64,000 nucleotides of DNA from Camelus dromedarius (taxonomy: Eukaryota): NCBI RefSeq assembly GCF_036321535.1, contig NC_087437.1, positions 75,022,001 through 75,086,000 on the forward strand, written 5' to 3'. Shown here piece by piece: positions 63,798 to 64,000 of the stretch. Made by a program: the position numbers and the translations under genes. Under the pieces are notes generated by a model. The model was not told the DNA's origin. It searched no databases and saw nothing but the letters and a program-made list of their open reading frames with translations. Within the stretch, counting starts at the first letter, position 1; every line of letters starts with the position of its first letter.

Positions 63798-63921
63798 AAA
63801 AAAATGTGACAATGAATATATATATGTTCATGTATAACTGAAAAATTGTGCTCTACACTGGAATTTGACACAACATTGTAAAATGATTAAAAATGAATAA
63901 AAAATGTTAAAAAAAAAAAAA
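63798..63921 (+). mobile_element. Short L1 3' end with poly(A) tail
   Basis: ...gacacaacattgtaaaatga...aataaaaaatgtt(a)n. TSD aagattggctcacagag (63781-63797) / aagattagccacagag (63922-63937). Confidence 0.85.
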
Positions 63922-64000
63922 AAGATTAGCCACAGAGTTTTTTCTGACTATTTAATCCCCATGAACTGGTAATGGAGAGTTGGTTTTCTCTCTCCTTTCC

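Noticed and set aside
1..64000. CRISPR arrays, operons or a novel multi-gene system
   Set aside because: The sequence is mammalian intronic and intergenic DNA. I saw no regularly spaced repeats or long coding regions beyond the TRAT1 exons and the GUCA1C relic.

Overview
AT-rich, repeat-dense mammalian genomic DNA. It is probably camelid: two tRNA-derived SINEs look like Vic-1, there are short L1 3' tails of artiodactyl type, and I saw no Alu, Bov-tA or PRE-1. The right third holds coding exons 2-6 of TRAT1 (TRIM, T-cell receptor-associated transmembrane adaptor 1) on the minus strand. All have canonical GT-AG sites and splice into one open frame; exon 1 lies beyond the window. Near 5.65-5.85 kb on the plus strand, convergent with TRAT1 as in the human TRAT1-GUCA1C synteny, is a degraded last exon of GUCA1C (GCAP3). 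It has lost its splice-acceptor AG and EF-hand 4 glutamates, carries frameshifts and a premature stop, and contains what appears to be a 24-30 bp micro-inversion. The ~36 kb between the genes is mostly old L1, L2, MIR, LTR and DNA-transposon relics. It also contains a 35-nt tailless U2 snRNA retrocopy with target-site duplications (TSDs) inside an L1, and an orphan CpG-rich patch with a 27-nt poly-G run. I found no novel multi-gene system; almost all listed ORFs are chance or repeat-derived. Comparisons with human proteins and repeat consensi are from memory, and repeat boundaries are approximate.
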